From an uncultured Actinomycetes bacterium (GTDB taxonomy: Bacteria; Actinomycetota; Thermoleophilia; RBG-16-64-13), in contig CAVPLM010000003.1 in assembly GCA_963706025.1 (NCBI GenBank), positions 480,001 to 544,000 of the forward strand: 64,000 bases of DNA, read 5' to 3'. The notes under the pieces were generated by a model that saw nothing but the letters and a program-made list of their open reading frames with translations, was not told the origin of the DNA and ran no database searches. Made by a program: the position numbers and the translations under genes. Below, piece after piece: positions 23,867 to 33,746 of the stretch; positions within the stretch are counted from its first letter, which is position 1, and each line of letters begins with the position of its first letter.

Positions 23867-25357
23867 ATGGGGAGCAGCACGAGTCCGGCCGTCACCGAGA
23901 TGTCGAGGTCGCTGCTGCGGGGCCTGGAGGCCATCGTCGGGCGGGACAACGTTCTTCACCGGTCGGTGGACCTCCAGACCTATGAATACGACGCCTACGT
24001 AGAACGCTCTGTCCCCCGGGCTGTGGTGTACGTCCATTCCACCGCCGAGGTGTCCGCCGTGGTGAAGCTCCTGGCCCGGGAGCGGATCCCCTTCGTGCCT
24101 CGAGGCTACGGCACCAACGTGAGCGGAGGGACGCTTGCTCTGGACGGCGGAGTGGTCCTGGAGATGGGCCGCATGAACAAGATGCTGGACATGGACCTTC
24201 CCAACCGGCGCGTGGTCGTCCAACCTGGGATCTTCAACCTCGACGTCTCCACGATCCTCTCTCCCTACGGCTACTACTACGCCCCCGACCCCGCCAGTCA
24301 GAAGGCTTCCTCCCTGGGTGGCAACATCGCCGAGAACGCGAGCGGGCCCCACTGCTTCAAGTACGGAGTGACATCGAACTATGTGCTGGGGTTGGAGGTG
24401 GTTCTTCCGGACGGCGAGGTCGTGTGGCTGGGGGGCAAGAGTCTCGATCTTCCCGGGCTCGATCTGACCGGGGTCTTCGTGGGCAGCGAAGGGACCCTAG
24501 GCATCGCCACGGCCGCGATACTGCGCATACTCAAGAAACCGGAGACCGTCAAGACGATGCTGGGCGTCTTCGCGTCGGTGGAAGAGGCCGGCAACGTGGT
24601 GTCGGCTATCGTGGCCGCCGGGCTGACCCCGGCCACGCTGGAGATGATGGACCACCTCACCGTCAACGCGGTCGAAGATGCCATGGCCTGCGGCTTCCCC
24701 AGGGAAGCGGGGGCCGTGCTCATCATCGAGCTCGACGGACTGAGCAACGGCATGGAAGAGACGGCCGAGCAGATCGTCGCCATATGCCGGGCGAGCGGCG
24801 CCCTGGATGTTCGCGTGGCCGAGGACGAAGCGGAGCGCGAGGCTCTATGGAGGGGCCGCCGGGGCGCCTTCGGGGCAGTCACGCGCTTGGCCCCCAGCTA
24901 TCTCTCCATGGACGGCACCGTGCCCCGGACCAAGCTGCCCGAGGCCCTCAGGCGGGTGGCGGCGATCGGCCGGCGCTACGACTTCGAGATCTCCTGCGTG
25001 CTTCACGCAGGAGACGGCAACCTGCACCCGCTCGCGCTGTTCGACGACCGCGACGAAGCGCGGAAGAAGAATGCGGAGGCCGCCAGCATGGATATACTGC
25101 GCATGTGTGTCGAACTTGGAGGTACGGTGAGCGGCGAGCACGGTATCGGCATCGAGAAGCTGGAGGCCATGCATCTTGTCTTTGACCACAACGATCTGCG
25201 GGCCCAGGCTTTCGTGAAGGATGTCTTCGATCCCGAGGGCCTCTGCAACCCGGGGAAAGTGCTGCCCGGTCCGGTCGAAGAGACCGCGGCAGCCGTGGCT
25301 GGGTCGGCCGGGCCACCGGTGGGTGCCGGAAGCGTAGGGGCTGCGGCCGGTGCCTAG
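23867..25357 (+). CDS. glcD: Glycolate/lactate oxidase FAD subunit, GlcD-like
   Basis: PRGYGTNVSGG, PDPAS, GGNIAENASG, GSEGTLG, HAGDGNLHP, SGEHGIG. Confidence 0.9.
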   Translation: MGSSTSPAVTEMSRSLLRGLEAIVGRDNVLHRSVDLQTYEYDAYVERSVPRAVVYVHSTAEVSAVVKLLARERIPFVPRGYGTNVSGGTLALDGGVVLEMGRMNKMLDMDLPNRRVVVQPGIFNLDVSTILSPYGYYYAPDPASQKASSLGGNIAENASGPHCFKYGVTSNYVLGLEVVLPDGEVVWLGGKSLDLPGLDLTGVFVGSEGTLGIATAAILRILKKPETVKTMLGVFASVEEAGNVVSAIVAAGLTPATLEMMDHLTVNAVEDAMACGFPREAGAVLIIELDGLSNGMEETAEQIVAICRASGALDVRVAEDEAEREALWRGRRGAFGAVTRLAPSYLSMDGTVPRTKLPEALRRVAAIGRRYDFEISCVLHAGDGNLHPLALFDDRDEARKKNAEAASMDILRMCVELGGTVSGEHGIGIEKLEAMHLVFDHNDLRAQAFVKDVFDPEGLCNPGKVLPGPVEETAAAVAGSAGPPVGAGSVGAAAGA

Positions 25358-26854
25358 CTGGCCGCTCCAAGACTTCCCCGTCGCCGAGGAACAGACGGAC
25401 GCCATCGCCCTGCGACTGGAGGGGATGATCGGTCCTGATCGGGTCACACGGGGGCCCGGCATCGCGATCCAGGGCATGCAGGCTCCCCTTGAAGTCCGGC
25501 CCGCAGACAGGGGGCAGCTCAGCACGGTCCTTGCCCTGGCCCACGAGGAGGGACTTGCCGCCTGTGTGATCGGCGGCGGCACCAAGCTCGGTTGGGGCAA
25601 CCGTCCCGGTCGCCTGGACCTAGTGGTGAGCACTCGTGACCTGCGCGGCTTCTCCCATATCGACGCTGACAATCTCAGCCTCTCCGTCCGCGCCGGTACG
25701 ACAGTGGCGGAAGCCTGTGCGCAGGCGCGGGCCATAAACCGCGTGCTCCCGCTCGACCCGAGCCGGCCCGCGAGGGCCACCGTGGGAGGTGTGGTTGCCA
25801 CGGGGGATCAGGGGGCACGGGGCGCCGGCTACGGCGGGCTGAGAGACGTGGTGCTGGGCCTCAGCGCGGTCCTTGCCGACGGAAGCCCGGTGAAATTCGG
25901 GGGGCGGACCATGAAGAACGTCTCCGGCTACGATATGACCAAGTTGTTCATCAGTTCGTTCGGGGTGCTGGGGGTGATCACCGACGTCACCTTCCGGCTG
26001 CTCCCCCGGTACGACACCCAGGCTCTGATGGTCCTACCGATCGTCTCGCTCGATCAGTGCAGAGAGATAACCGCCCAGATCCTCGATTCCTATCTCCAGC
26101 CGCTCGCGCTGGAAGTGGTCTCGGCCGGCTTTCTTGCCCAGGCTCGTTCTTCCGACGCTGCCGGCTCGGCGGGCGGGATCGGCTCGATGATCCCTCGAGA
26201 TGCGCCGGTGATGCTGGCCGGATTTGCCGGCCAAAGGGCCGCGGTGACCCGGTCCGTCGACGAGGTGAAAGATCGTCACTCTATCCAACCGCTTGCGGTC
26301 CTCGAGGGTGCCGAGGCCGAGTCCCTCTATGAAGCTCTTGCCGACGTCGACGCCGACGCCGTCCCCGCTCTCGAGGCGCCGGTCCGGGCGCGGATCACCG
26401 CTCCCCTCAGCCAGGTCTGGGATCTTGTCCGACGCGCGCAGGCGGACGCCGGCGCGCACGATCTGGCGCTGGAATACCGTATCGGCGCTTTCCGAGGGAC
26501 TTTGGACCTGCTGGTGGATTGGGGACGGGGCCCGCGCCCGGGCGCGGAGTCCCAGGTGGGGCGGCGGAGTCCCAGGTGGGCGCGGAGTCCCAGGTGGGCG
26601 AGGAGTCCGACCCGGAGGCAGGGTCCGATTCGGACGCGGTGGCGGCTCGTTTGACCGCCTTGCTGACCGACCTTCGCCGGCAAGCGGAGGCGGTAGACGG
26701 CGCGCTCACCGTCAGGGATGGCCTGACACGGTTGACGCAGGGCTTCGACGCCTGGGGAGCACCCGGCTCCTCGATCCAGATCATGAAGCGGATAAAGGAA
26801 CGCTTCGATCCCCGCGGCGTCCTCAATCCCGGCCGTTTCGTAGGTGGTATCTGA
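25350..26854 (+). CDS. glcE: GlcE-like FAD-binding subunit; frameshift within tandem repeat ~26560
   Basis: GGGTKL, ATVGGVVA, GGRTMKNVSGYDMTKL, ends IKERFDPRGVLNPGRF. Confidence 0.88.
26540..26608 (+). repeat. 18-bp coding minisatellite (GGGCGCGGAGTCCCAGGT, ~3.5 copies; GAESQV)
   Basis: Units at 26540, 26558 (2 extra G), 26578 and a partial unit at 26596. Confidence 0.85.
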
Positions 26855-28341
26855 TGAGCGTGGAACCCTCGGTCGATCCTGTGGTCGCTCCCACAGCCGA
26901 GCCTCACACCACTCCCAACGGCGATCGTCGTGACAAGATCGGAGTCGGCCCTCGCGGCGGGCCGCCCGAGGATTTCCAGGCCCTGTACGACCATGTGGCC
27001 ACCTGCAGTAGGTGCGGTTTCTGCCAACCCACCTGCCCCATATTCCGCGCCACAGGCCGGGAGGCGCACGTCGCCCGAGGCAAGGTGGCCCTTTTCCGCA
27101 ATGTCATCGAGGAGCGAACGGCGATAGGGCCGGACATGAAGGATGCCTTCTCGAATTGCCTGCTCTGCCGTGCGTGCACCGAGAGCTGCTTCTCGGCACT
27201 CGAGACCGATCAGGTGGTGATGTCCTTCCGCCATGCGTACGCGGAGCGTTTCGGACGGAGCTTTCTGCAGCGCAGGGTGTTCCGCAGTCTGCTGCCTCGG
27301 CCCCGGCTCATGAGGGGCTTGGTCCGGAGCATATGGGCCCTGCGCAAGACCGGCCTGGCGGATGCCGCCCGGAGGACCGGCTTGGTGGGGCTACTCAATC
27401 CGAAGCTGGAGCGGGCCCTCGATCTCCGGGCCGGCACGCCGGGTCCCCTGCTTCACGCCCGCTTGGCAAAGCGCCCGGCTCCTCTTCCCGATGGTGGGCC
27501 CCGTGTCGGCTATTGGATGTCGTGCGGATACAACTACGTGCTGCCCGAGGTGGGAGAGGCGACCGTGCGGGTCCTCGAGCGCATGGGCTTGACCGTGGAA
27601 GTGCTCGACAATTGCTGTTGTGGACTTGCCGCGCACGGTTATGGGGACCGCGAAGGGGCGCAGCGACTCGCCCGGGAGAACCTGCGCCGGCTCGGCGACC
27701 TCGACCGCTTCGTCGCCATCGTGTCGGAATGTGGTAGCTGCTCCGGACATCTCAAGGAATACGCCGAGGTTCTCGCCGATGACCCTGTTTGGTTGCAGAA
27801 AGCGGTGCTTCTGAAGGACAAGACGAGGAGCTTCAGCGAGTTCGTCATAGAACGGGGAGGCTTGGAGTATCTAGTCGACAGCGGCCCCGGCGAGGTGGCC
27901 ACGCCGGCCGCCGCGGGTGCGGCTGTCGCCACAGCCGCCGCGGCCCCCGACACCGCCACGCCGGCCGGCGCGCCCGCAGCTACCGCGACCGTCGTCACCT
28001 ACCACGATCCCTGCCATCTGGGGCGCCGCTACCAGAATGTGGTGAATCAGCCGAGGCAGATCCTGGAGTCTCTCCCCGGCGTCGTCTTTCGTGAGGCCGC
28101 GGAATCAGACTCTTGCTGCGGAGCCGCTGGTACGTACGGGGTGCTCCATCCAGAGACCTCGGCGGCCATCATCGAGCGCAAGATGGGTTTCATACGCGAT
28201 ACCGGCGCCACCATCCTGGCCACCGAGTGCCCTTCGTGCATGATGCAGCTCGCGTATGGAGCGCAACGGGCCGGTCTGGATGCTGAAGTGCTCAACGTCA
28301 GCCAGTTATGCGACCGCGCGGGGCGATCCGGCGAGAGGTAG
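26854..28341 (+). CDS. glcF: GlcF-like Fe-S subunit (CCG domains)
   Basis: CSRCGFCQPTCP, CLLCRACTESC, CCGL, YHDPCHL, CCGAAGTY, CPSCMMQL. Confidence 0.92.
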   Translation: MSVEPSVDPVVAPTAEPHTTPNGDRRDKIGVGPRGGPPEDFQALYDHVATCSRCGFCQPTCPIFRATGREAHVARGKVALFRNVIEERTAIGPDMKDAFSNCLLCRACTESCFSALETDQVVMSFRHAYAERFGRSFLQRRVFRSLLPRPRLMRGLVRSIWALRKTGLADAARRTGLVGLLNPKLERALDLRAGTPGPLLHARLAKRPAPLPDGGPRVGYWMSCGYNYVLPEVGEATVRVLERMGLTVEVLDNCCCGLAAHGYGDREGAQRLARENLRRLGDLDRFVAIVSECGSCSGHLKEYAEVLADDPVWLQKAVLLKDKTRSFSEFVIERGGLEYLVDSGPGEVATPAAAGAAVATAAAAPDTATPAGAPAATATVVTYHDPCHLGRRYQNVVNQPRQILESLPGVVFREAAESDSCCGAAGTYGVLHPETSAAIIERKMGFIRDTGATILATECPSCMMQLAYGAQRAGLDAEVLNVSQLCDRAGRSGER

Positions 28342-28505
28342 CTCGACCGCTCTCCTCGCCGGCACCTGTCGTCCCTGGTCCGCGGCTCATCTATACGTCA
28401 ATGTAATACTTGGCGCCAGCTATGAGAAATTCTCGCAAAGCGCCTTGCCTGCGCCGACCCAGGCTACTATGTAGGCTGCCAGTCTCATGAACAGAAGGAG
28501 CACGC

Positions 28506-29738
28506 ATGGACTTCAGATTGGCCGACGAGCAGGAGATGACGCGCGACATGGTCCGGGACTTCGCGCAGAGCGAGATCAAGCCTGTCGCGATGGAGCTCGA
28601 CCGCAAGACCGACCCGAAGGACTGCATCCCCTGGGATCTGATCAAGAAGGCTTCGAAGCTGGGTCTGAGAACAGCGGCCATCCCGGAGGAATGGGGGGGC
28701 GAGGGAGCGGATTACCTCACCCTGGCCATCATACTGGAGGAACTCGGGGCCGCCGACCAGGGCTTCGCCAGCATCATCAGGGGGTGCTACACAGAGGCGC
28801 CTAGGCTCGTCTTTGAGCTGAACGAGGAGCAACGGGACGAGTTCTTGCCCAAGTTCCTCGAGGACGACACGTTCCTCCTGGGTCTGGCTCGGACGGAGCC
28901 AGACGCGGGCACCGACTCCCACTACCTGTACGACGAGCCCGGAGCCTCGATACGCACCTATGCCGAGAGAAGAGGCGATGAGTACGTCATCAACGGGAGT
29001 AAGCACTACATCTCCAGCGGCGGTGTGGCCAAGCTCTACTTCCTCTATGCCAGGACCGACAAACACGCGCCGATATCCGAGAGCCTGAGCGTGTTCCTGA
29101 TGCCTCACGATACCCCCGGGTTCTCGATCGGCAGATTCCACAACAAGCTGGGAAGAAGACTCCTACCGAATGCCGAGTTGTTCTTGGAAGACGCCCGCAT
29201 CCCCGCTCGCTACCTGATCGGCGAAGAGGGCGAGGCCTGGGGTTCAGAGGGCGAGGGTGGCGGAGGTCCGCAGAAGGACTGGAAGAACTCCGGGCCCGGG
29301 GCCCCCCCGCCCTTCGGACTTCTGGGCGCTGCGGCGAACCTGGGGACGGTGAGGGGCTGCTACGAGGAGGCCCTGAACTACGCCAGGACCCGGATCCAGG
29401 GTGGCAAGCCGATCATCGAGCACCAGCACGTCGCCATCAAGCTGGCCCAGATGAAGGCCCACATCGAGGCGGCCAGAGCGCTTCTCTGGAAATGCGCCTG
29501 GTCTTGGCAGACCAAGTATGAGTACGATTCCAGAATGGGCATGCTGGTGAAAGCTTACGTCGATGAGTTGGGCCTGACCGTGGCCACCAACTCGGTCGGC
29601 ATCTTCGGTGGGATGGGTACCTCGGATGACGATGTGCCCGTCCAGAAATACATGAGAGACATATTTACGTTCGTCCATGGGTTCGCTACCACGGAAGTAG
29701 CCTGGCTGATAGGCGCTCCAACAGCAAATCCGGAATAG
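28506..29738 (+). CDS. Acyl-CoA dehydrogenase-family protein
   Basis: IPEEWGGEG, TEPDAGTD, INGSKHYIS, KLGRR, YARTRIQGGKPI, FGGMG. Confidence 0.92.
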   Translation: MDFRLADEQEMTRDMVRDFAQSEIKPVAMELDRKTDPKDCIPWDLIKKASKLGLRTAAIPEEWGGEGADYLTLAIILEELGAADQGFASIIRGCYTEAPRLVFELNEEQRDEFLPKFLEDDTFLLGLARTEPDAGTDSHYLYDEPGASIRTYAERRGDEYVINGSKHYISSGGVAKLYFLYARTDKHAPISESLSVFLMPHDTPGFSIGRFHNKLGRRLLPNAELFLEDARIPARYLIGEEGEAWGSEGEGGGGPQKDWKNSGPGAPPPFGLLGAAANLGTVRGCYEEALNYARTRIQGGKPIIEHQHVAIKLAQMKAHIEAARALLWKCAWSWQTKYEYDSRMGMLVKAYVDELGLTVATNSVGIFGGMGTSDDDVPVQKYMRDIFTFVHGFATTEVAWLIGAPTANPE

Positions 29739-29806
29739 CGCTGGCTGGTGGCGCTGCGCTCCCGGGGACGCCCACTTGGATATCCACGTCGTGAAGGGAT
29801 GAGGTG

Positions 29807-32314
29807 ATGTCAGAGCAGACCTTTGTGAACTGCACGGGCGGCGGCCCGATCCGAGTCCACGTCGAGGATGGGAAGATAACCAAGGTGCGTCCTCTGGTCT
29901 TTGACGAGACGGACGCCCCCTCCTGGACGATCGAGGCGGGAGGCAAGAAGTACAGCCCTCCCCGCAAAGCCTGCGTCGCTACCTTCACCCTGACCGAGCG
30001 GGCGCGGGTCTACTCGGAAGAGAGGATCCTCTACCCGATGAAGCGGGTCGACTTCGACCCCGATGGCGAGAGGAACCCCCAGAACCGGGGCAAATCGCCC
30101 TACGTGCGCATCGGCTGGGACGAGGCCCTCGAACTCGTCTCCGGCGAGATGAAGCGGATCCGCGCCACCTACGGCCCCGAGGCGATCACGTCCAGGGCCT
30201 CCTCCCACCACAACTGGGGCAACCTGGGCTACCGCACCGGCGCCTGGGCCCGGTTCTTCAGCCTGATCGGGTTCACCGACATCCTCGACAACCCCGATAG
30301 CTGGGAAGGCTGGCACTGGGGCGCGACCCACGCCTACGGTTTCTACTGGAGACTGGGCAATCCCGAGCACTACGACATGCTCGAGGATAATCTCAAGCAC
30401 ACCGAACTGATCATCCACTGGGGCAACGACGCCGACTCCACCCATGGCATCTACGGCGGGAACGAGTCGGCCCTGTGGCGCTACTGGCTCAAGGAGCAGG
30501 GTATCCGGCAGATCATCATCGACCCCTACTACAACTACACCGGCGCGGCCGTGGGCGACAAATGGATCTCCTACCGCCCCGGTACCACCGGCGCCCTGGC
30601 CTTGGGTATCGCCTACGTCTGGCTGACGGAAGGCACCTACGACAAGGAGTACGTGGCCACCCATACCCTCGGTTTCGAGGACTTCAAGAAGTACGTGCTG
30701 GGTGAGGACGATGGCATCCCCAAGACCCCGGAGTGGGCGGGGGAGGAGACCGGTGTCGCTCCCCGCACGATCGTGTCCCTGGCCAGGGATTGGGCCTCGC
30801 ACCGCACCTGCCTGGCCGGTGGGACCAAGGGCGGAGAAGGCGGCCATTGCCGGCAGGCCTACGCCACCGAGCACAACAGGTTGATGGTGTTGCTGCAGGC
30901 CCTTCAGGGACTGGGCAAGCCCGGCGTGAGCATCTGGGGGACGGCCAACGGGCCGCCGTACAACCACACCCTCGACTTCCCCGGATATGCGGGTGTCGCC
31001 GGCTTCAATGCGATCGCCGAGAAACCGGTCGTGAATCCTGTCAAGCAACGCTTGTACCGGCTGACCGTCCCCGAAGCCATCCTGAGCCCGCCGCTCAACT
31101 GGATGGGCGAGGGCTTTTGCGGCAACTCGCTCGAGCAGCAGTTCACCCAGTTCGTCTATCCGCTGCCCGGCCACTCTGAAGTCAAGATGTTCTACCGGTA
31201 CGGCGGCGCCTTCCTGGCCACCATGACCGACACCAACCGCTGGGTGCGGATGTACCAGAGCCCCAAGCTGGAGTTCGTGGTCAACCAGGACTGCTGGTTC
31301 TCCACCGAGACCCGGTTGGCCGATGTCATCCTGCCGGCCTGCACCAACCTCGAGCGCAACGATATCAGCGAGTACGCGAGCTCCGGCGGCTACTCGCTGC
31401 ACGCGTCCGGCAGTGCCAACCACCGGATCATCGTCTACCAGCAGAAGTGCGTGGAGCCTGTGGGCGAATCCCGGCCCGACTACGACATCTTCTGCGGGCT
31501 GGCGGAGAAGCTGGGGGTCCTCGACGAGTACACCGAGGGCAACACCATGGAAGGGTGGATCGAGAAGATGTTCTACGCCTCCGATCTGCCGAAGTACATC
31601 GCCTTCGAGGATTTCAAGAAGAAGGGCTATTTCGTCGTCCCGCAGATCCCCGACTACAAGCCCACCCCGGCGCTGCGCTGGTTCTACGAGGGTCGCCCAT
31701 GCGACACCCCGGACACCAGCAACCCCAAACGGGGGACGGACAAGGCCACCGAGCTGGGGACCTACAGCGGCAAGATCGAGTTCGTCTCGCAGAGCCTGCT
31801 GGCCCATACGCCCGACGACGACGAGCGGGCTCCGCTGCCCCGCTACATCCCCAGTTGGGAAGGGCACCATTCGGAGATCGCCGAGAAGTATCCGCTGGCA
31901 CTCATCTCGCCGCATCCGCGGTTCACCTTCCACACCCACCACGACAGTCACGTTCCCTGGCTGTCCGAGATCCCGGGTCACCGGATTTCCAAAGACGGCT
32001 ACGACTACTGGGTCGTCCGCATCCACCCTGAAGACGCGCAGGCTCGGGGTATCAAGCAGGGCGACGTCGTCAAGCTCTACAACGACCGGGCGTCCGTCCT
32101 GGGCGTCGCCCAGGTGACCGAGAGGACCAGGCCTGGGGTGGTCCACTCGTACGAGGGATCGGCCAGATACGACCCGCTGGAGCCCGGCAAGGCCGGGAGC
32201 ACAGACAGGGGCGGCTGCGTGAACCTGCTCACTCCCTCGCGGATGCTCTCCAAGAACGTCCCCGGGATGGCGCCCAACTCGTGCCTGATCGAGATCGCCA
32301 GATGGGAGGCCTGA
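29807..32314 (+). CDS. Pyrogallol-phloroglucinol transhydroxylase-like bis-MGD molybdoenzyme large subunit (AthL-like)
   Basis: DAPSWTIEA, SSHHNWGNLGYR, NPDSWEGWHWG, GFYWRLGNPEHYD, SPHPRFTFH, as recalled for Pelobacter acidigallici AthL; no Tat signal, no N-terminal Fe-S motif. Confidence 0.85.
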   Translation: MSEQTFVNCTGGGPIRVHVEDGKITKVRPLVFDETDAPSWTIEAGGKKYSPPRKACVATFTLTERARVYSEERILYPMKRVDFDPDGERNPQNRGKSPYVRIGWDEALELVSGEMKRIRATYGPEAITSRASSHHNWGNLGYRTGAWARFFSLIGFTDILDNPDSWEGWHWGATHAYGFYWRLGNPEHYDMLEDNLKHTELIIHWGNDADSTHGIYGGNESALWRYWLKEQGIRQIIIDPYYNYTGAAVGDKWISYRPGTTGALALGIAYVWLTEGTYDKEYVATHTLGFEDFKKYVLGEDDGIPKTPEWAGEETGVAPRTIVSLARDWASHRTCLAGGTKGGEGGHCRQAYATEHNRLMVLLQALQGLGKPGVSIWGTANGPPYNHTLDFPGYAGVAGFNAIAEKPVVNPVKQRLYRLTVPEAILSPPLNWMGEGFCGNSLEQQFTQFVYPLPGHSEVKMFYRYGGAFLATMTDTNRWVRMYQSPKLEFVVNQDCWFSTETRLADVILPACTNLERNDISEYASSGGYSLHASGSANHRIIVYQQKCVEPVGESRPDYDIFCGLAEKLGVLDEYTEGNTMEGWIEKMFYASDLPKYIAFEDFKKKGYFVVPQIPDYKPTPALRWFYEGRPCDTPDTSNPKRGTDKATELGTYSGKIEFVSQSLLAHTPDDDERAPLPRYIPSWEGHHSEIAEKYPLALISPHPRFTFHTHHDSHVPWLSEIPGHRISKDGYDYWVVRIHPEDAQARGIKQGDVVKLYNDRASVLGVAQVTERTRPGVVHSYEGSARYDPLEPGKAGSTDRGGCVNLLTPSRMLSKNVPGMAPNSCLIEIARWEA

Positions 32315-32315
32315 G

Positions 32316-33147
32316 ATGACCAGGTACGGAATGGTGGTGAATGTCGCCCGCTGCATCGGCTGCTACAACTGCTTCATCACCTGCAAGGACGAGCACTGCG
32401 GGAACGACCATCTGCCCTATGCGGCGGCCCAGCCCATGACCGGCCACACCTGGATGCGGGTCGTGGAGACGGAGCGGGGGCGGTTCCCCAAGCTCAAGGT
32501 GGACTACACGGCCATCCCCTGCATGCATTGCGACGATCCTCCTTGCGTGGCCGCGGCTCGAGACGGCGCCGCCTACCTGCGGGACGACGGCATCGTGCTC
32601 ATCGATCCGGCGAAGGCGGCCGGGCAGCACGAGCTGGTGCGCAGCTGCCCCTACCGGGTCATCTACTGGAACGAGGAAGCTCAGGTACCCCAGAAGTGCA
32701 CCCTGTGCGCCCATCTTCTGGACGCCGGCTGGAAAGAGCCTCGCTGCGTCGAGGCCTGTCCCACCGGCGCCCTGGTCTTCGGGGACCTGGACGATCCCGG
32801 CAGCGCGGTATCCCTGCTGGTGGCCTCGGGCCAGACCGAGGTGCTCCATCCCGAATACGAGCTGGGCGAGAAGGTCCGCTACCTGGGCCTGCCCAAGAGC
32901 TTCGTGGCCGGGGCCGTGGTGTTCGGCGACACCGACGAGTGCGCCGTGGGAGTCGACGTCACCCTGGAGGGGCGCGGCGGAAAGAGACGGCGCGACCGAC
33001 GCCTACGGCGACTTCGAGTTCGAGGGCCTGCCTGCGGACACCGCCTTCACGGTGAGGATCGCGAGCCCCGGCTATCAGGAGAAGGCGATCGCGGTAAAGA
33101 CCAATACCTCCGTCTATCTGGGGGATGTCGTCCTGACGCAGGCCTAG
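32316..33147 (+). CDS. Transhydroxylase small Fe-S subunit (BthL-like); frameshift ~32985
   Basis: CIGCYNCFITCKDEH, CMHCDDPPC, CPY, KCTLCAH...CVEACP, LGLPKSFVAG, beta-rich tail. Confidence 0.88.
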
Positions 33148-33196
33148 TTCGTCCCCGCCCACTAAGCATTCTGATTGCGGCGGACATGCGGACAAT

Positions 33197-33313
33197 AGCA
33201 AGAGCGAGCGGGAGGATTTGAGCGCCAGAGAGAAGGCGATCCTGACGGACCTGGCTCATCAGGCCAGGTCAGAAGCTCTCGCGTGGGCGAGAAAGAAGGA
33301 AGAAGGAACATGA
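33197..33313 (+). pseudogene. C-terminal remnant of a RelE/HigB-type toxin
   Basis: SKSEREDLSAREKAILTDLA resembles the YxKxExEDLS tail of HigB/RelE toxins; its TGA overlaps the antitoxin ATG (ATGA); no N-terminus present. Confidence 0.6.
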
Positions 33314-33687
33314 CGGACGACAGCGCGACTATCTTCGAAGAACTGAAGGCCGGTCTGGAGGACAGCATCGCGTTCTCTCGTGGAGAGCTCTCCTTGGTCA
33401 CGACCGCCATGCCGGCTCCACCACCCAAGACGGAACCGGCTCAGATCGCGGAACTGCGGAAGAGTCTCAAGATGTCGCAAGCTGTTTTCGCCGCGGTCAT
33501 CAACGTGTCGTCGAAAACCGTCCAGAGTTGGGAACAAGGTATCAGGCAGCCGTCTCAGGCCGCGCTTCGCATGCTGGAGGTGATCCGCGAAGACTCCACA
33601 CTGGTGGACCTCATCCTCCGTTGCGGGCCAAGGGCTGAAACCGGCGCTTCGGCGCGTCTCCCGCTCCGCCGGCGAGCGCGGGCCTGA
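33310..33687 (+). CDS. XRE-family HTH protein, HigA-like antitoxin
   Basis: IFEELKAGLEDSI...IAELRKSLKMSQAVFAAVINVSSKTVQSWEQGIRQPS. Confidence 0.88.
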   Translation: MTDDSATIFEELKAGLEDSIAFSRGELSLVTTAMPAPPPKTEPAQIAELRKSLKMSQAVFAAVINVSSKTVQSWEQGIRQPSQAALRMLEVIREDSTLVDLILRCGPRAETGASARLPLRRRARA

Positions 33688-33746
33688 GTCCGGCTTCTCG
33701 CGGAGCTTCGCGAGTAGCCAGAGGGGAGCCTACGTCACCTATGCCG

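Noticed and set aside
26293-26853. Long N-terminal extension on GlcF (likewise on NuoB and the acyl-CoA ligase)
   Set aside because: Open upstream frames overlapping neighbouring genes; true starts are coupled downstream ATGs
22157-32356. Very long antisense ORFs (e.g. 22157..24352, 29810..32356; also 34524..36242)
   Set aside because: Shadow frames of GC-rich genes with strong codon bias; no recognisable motifs
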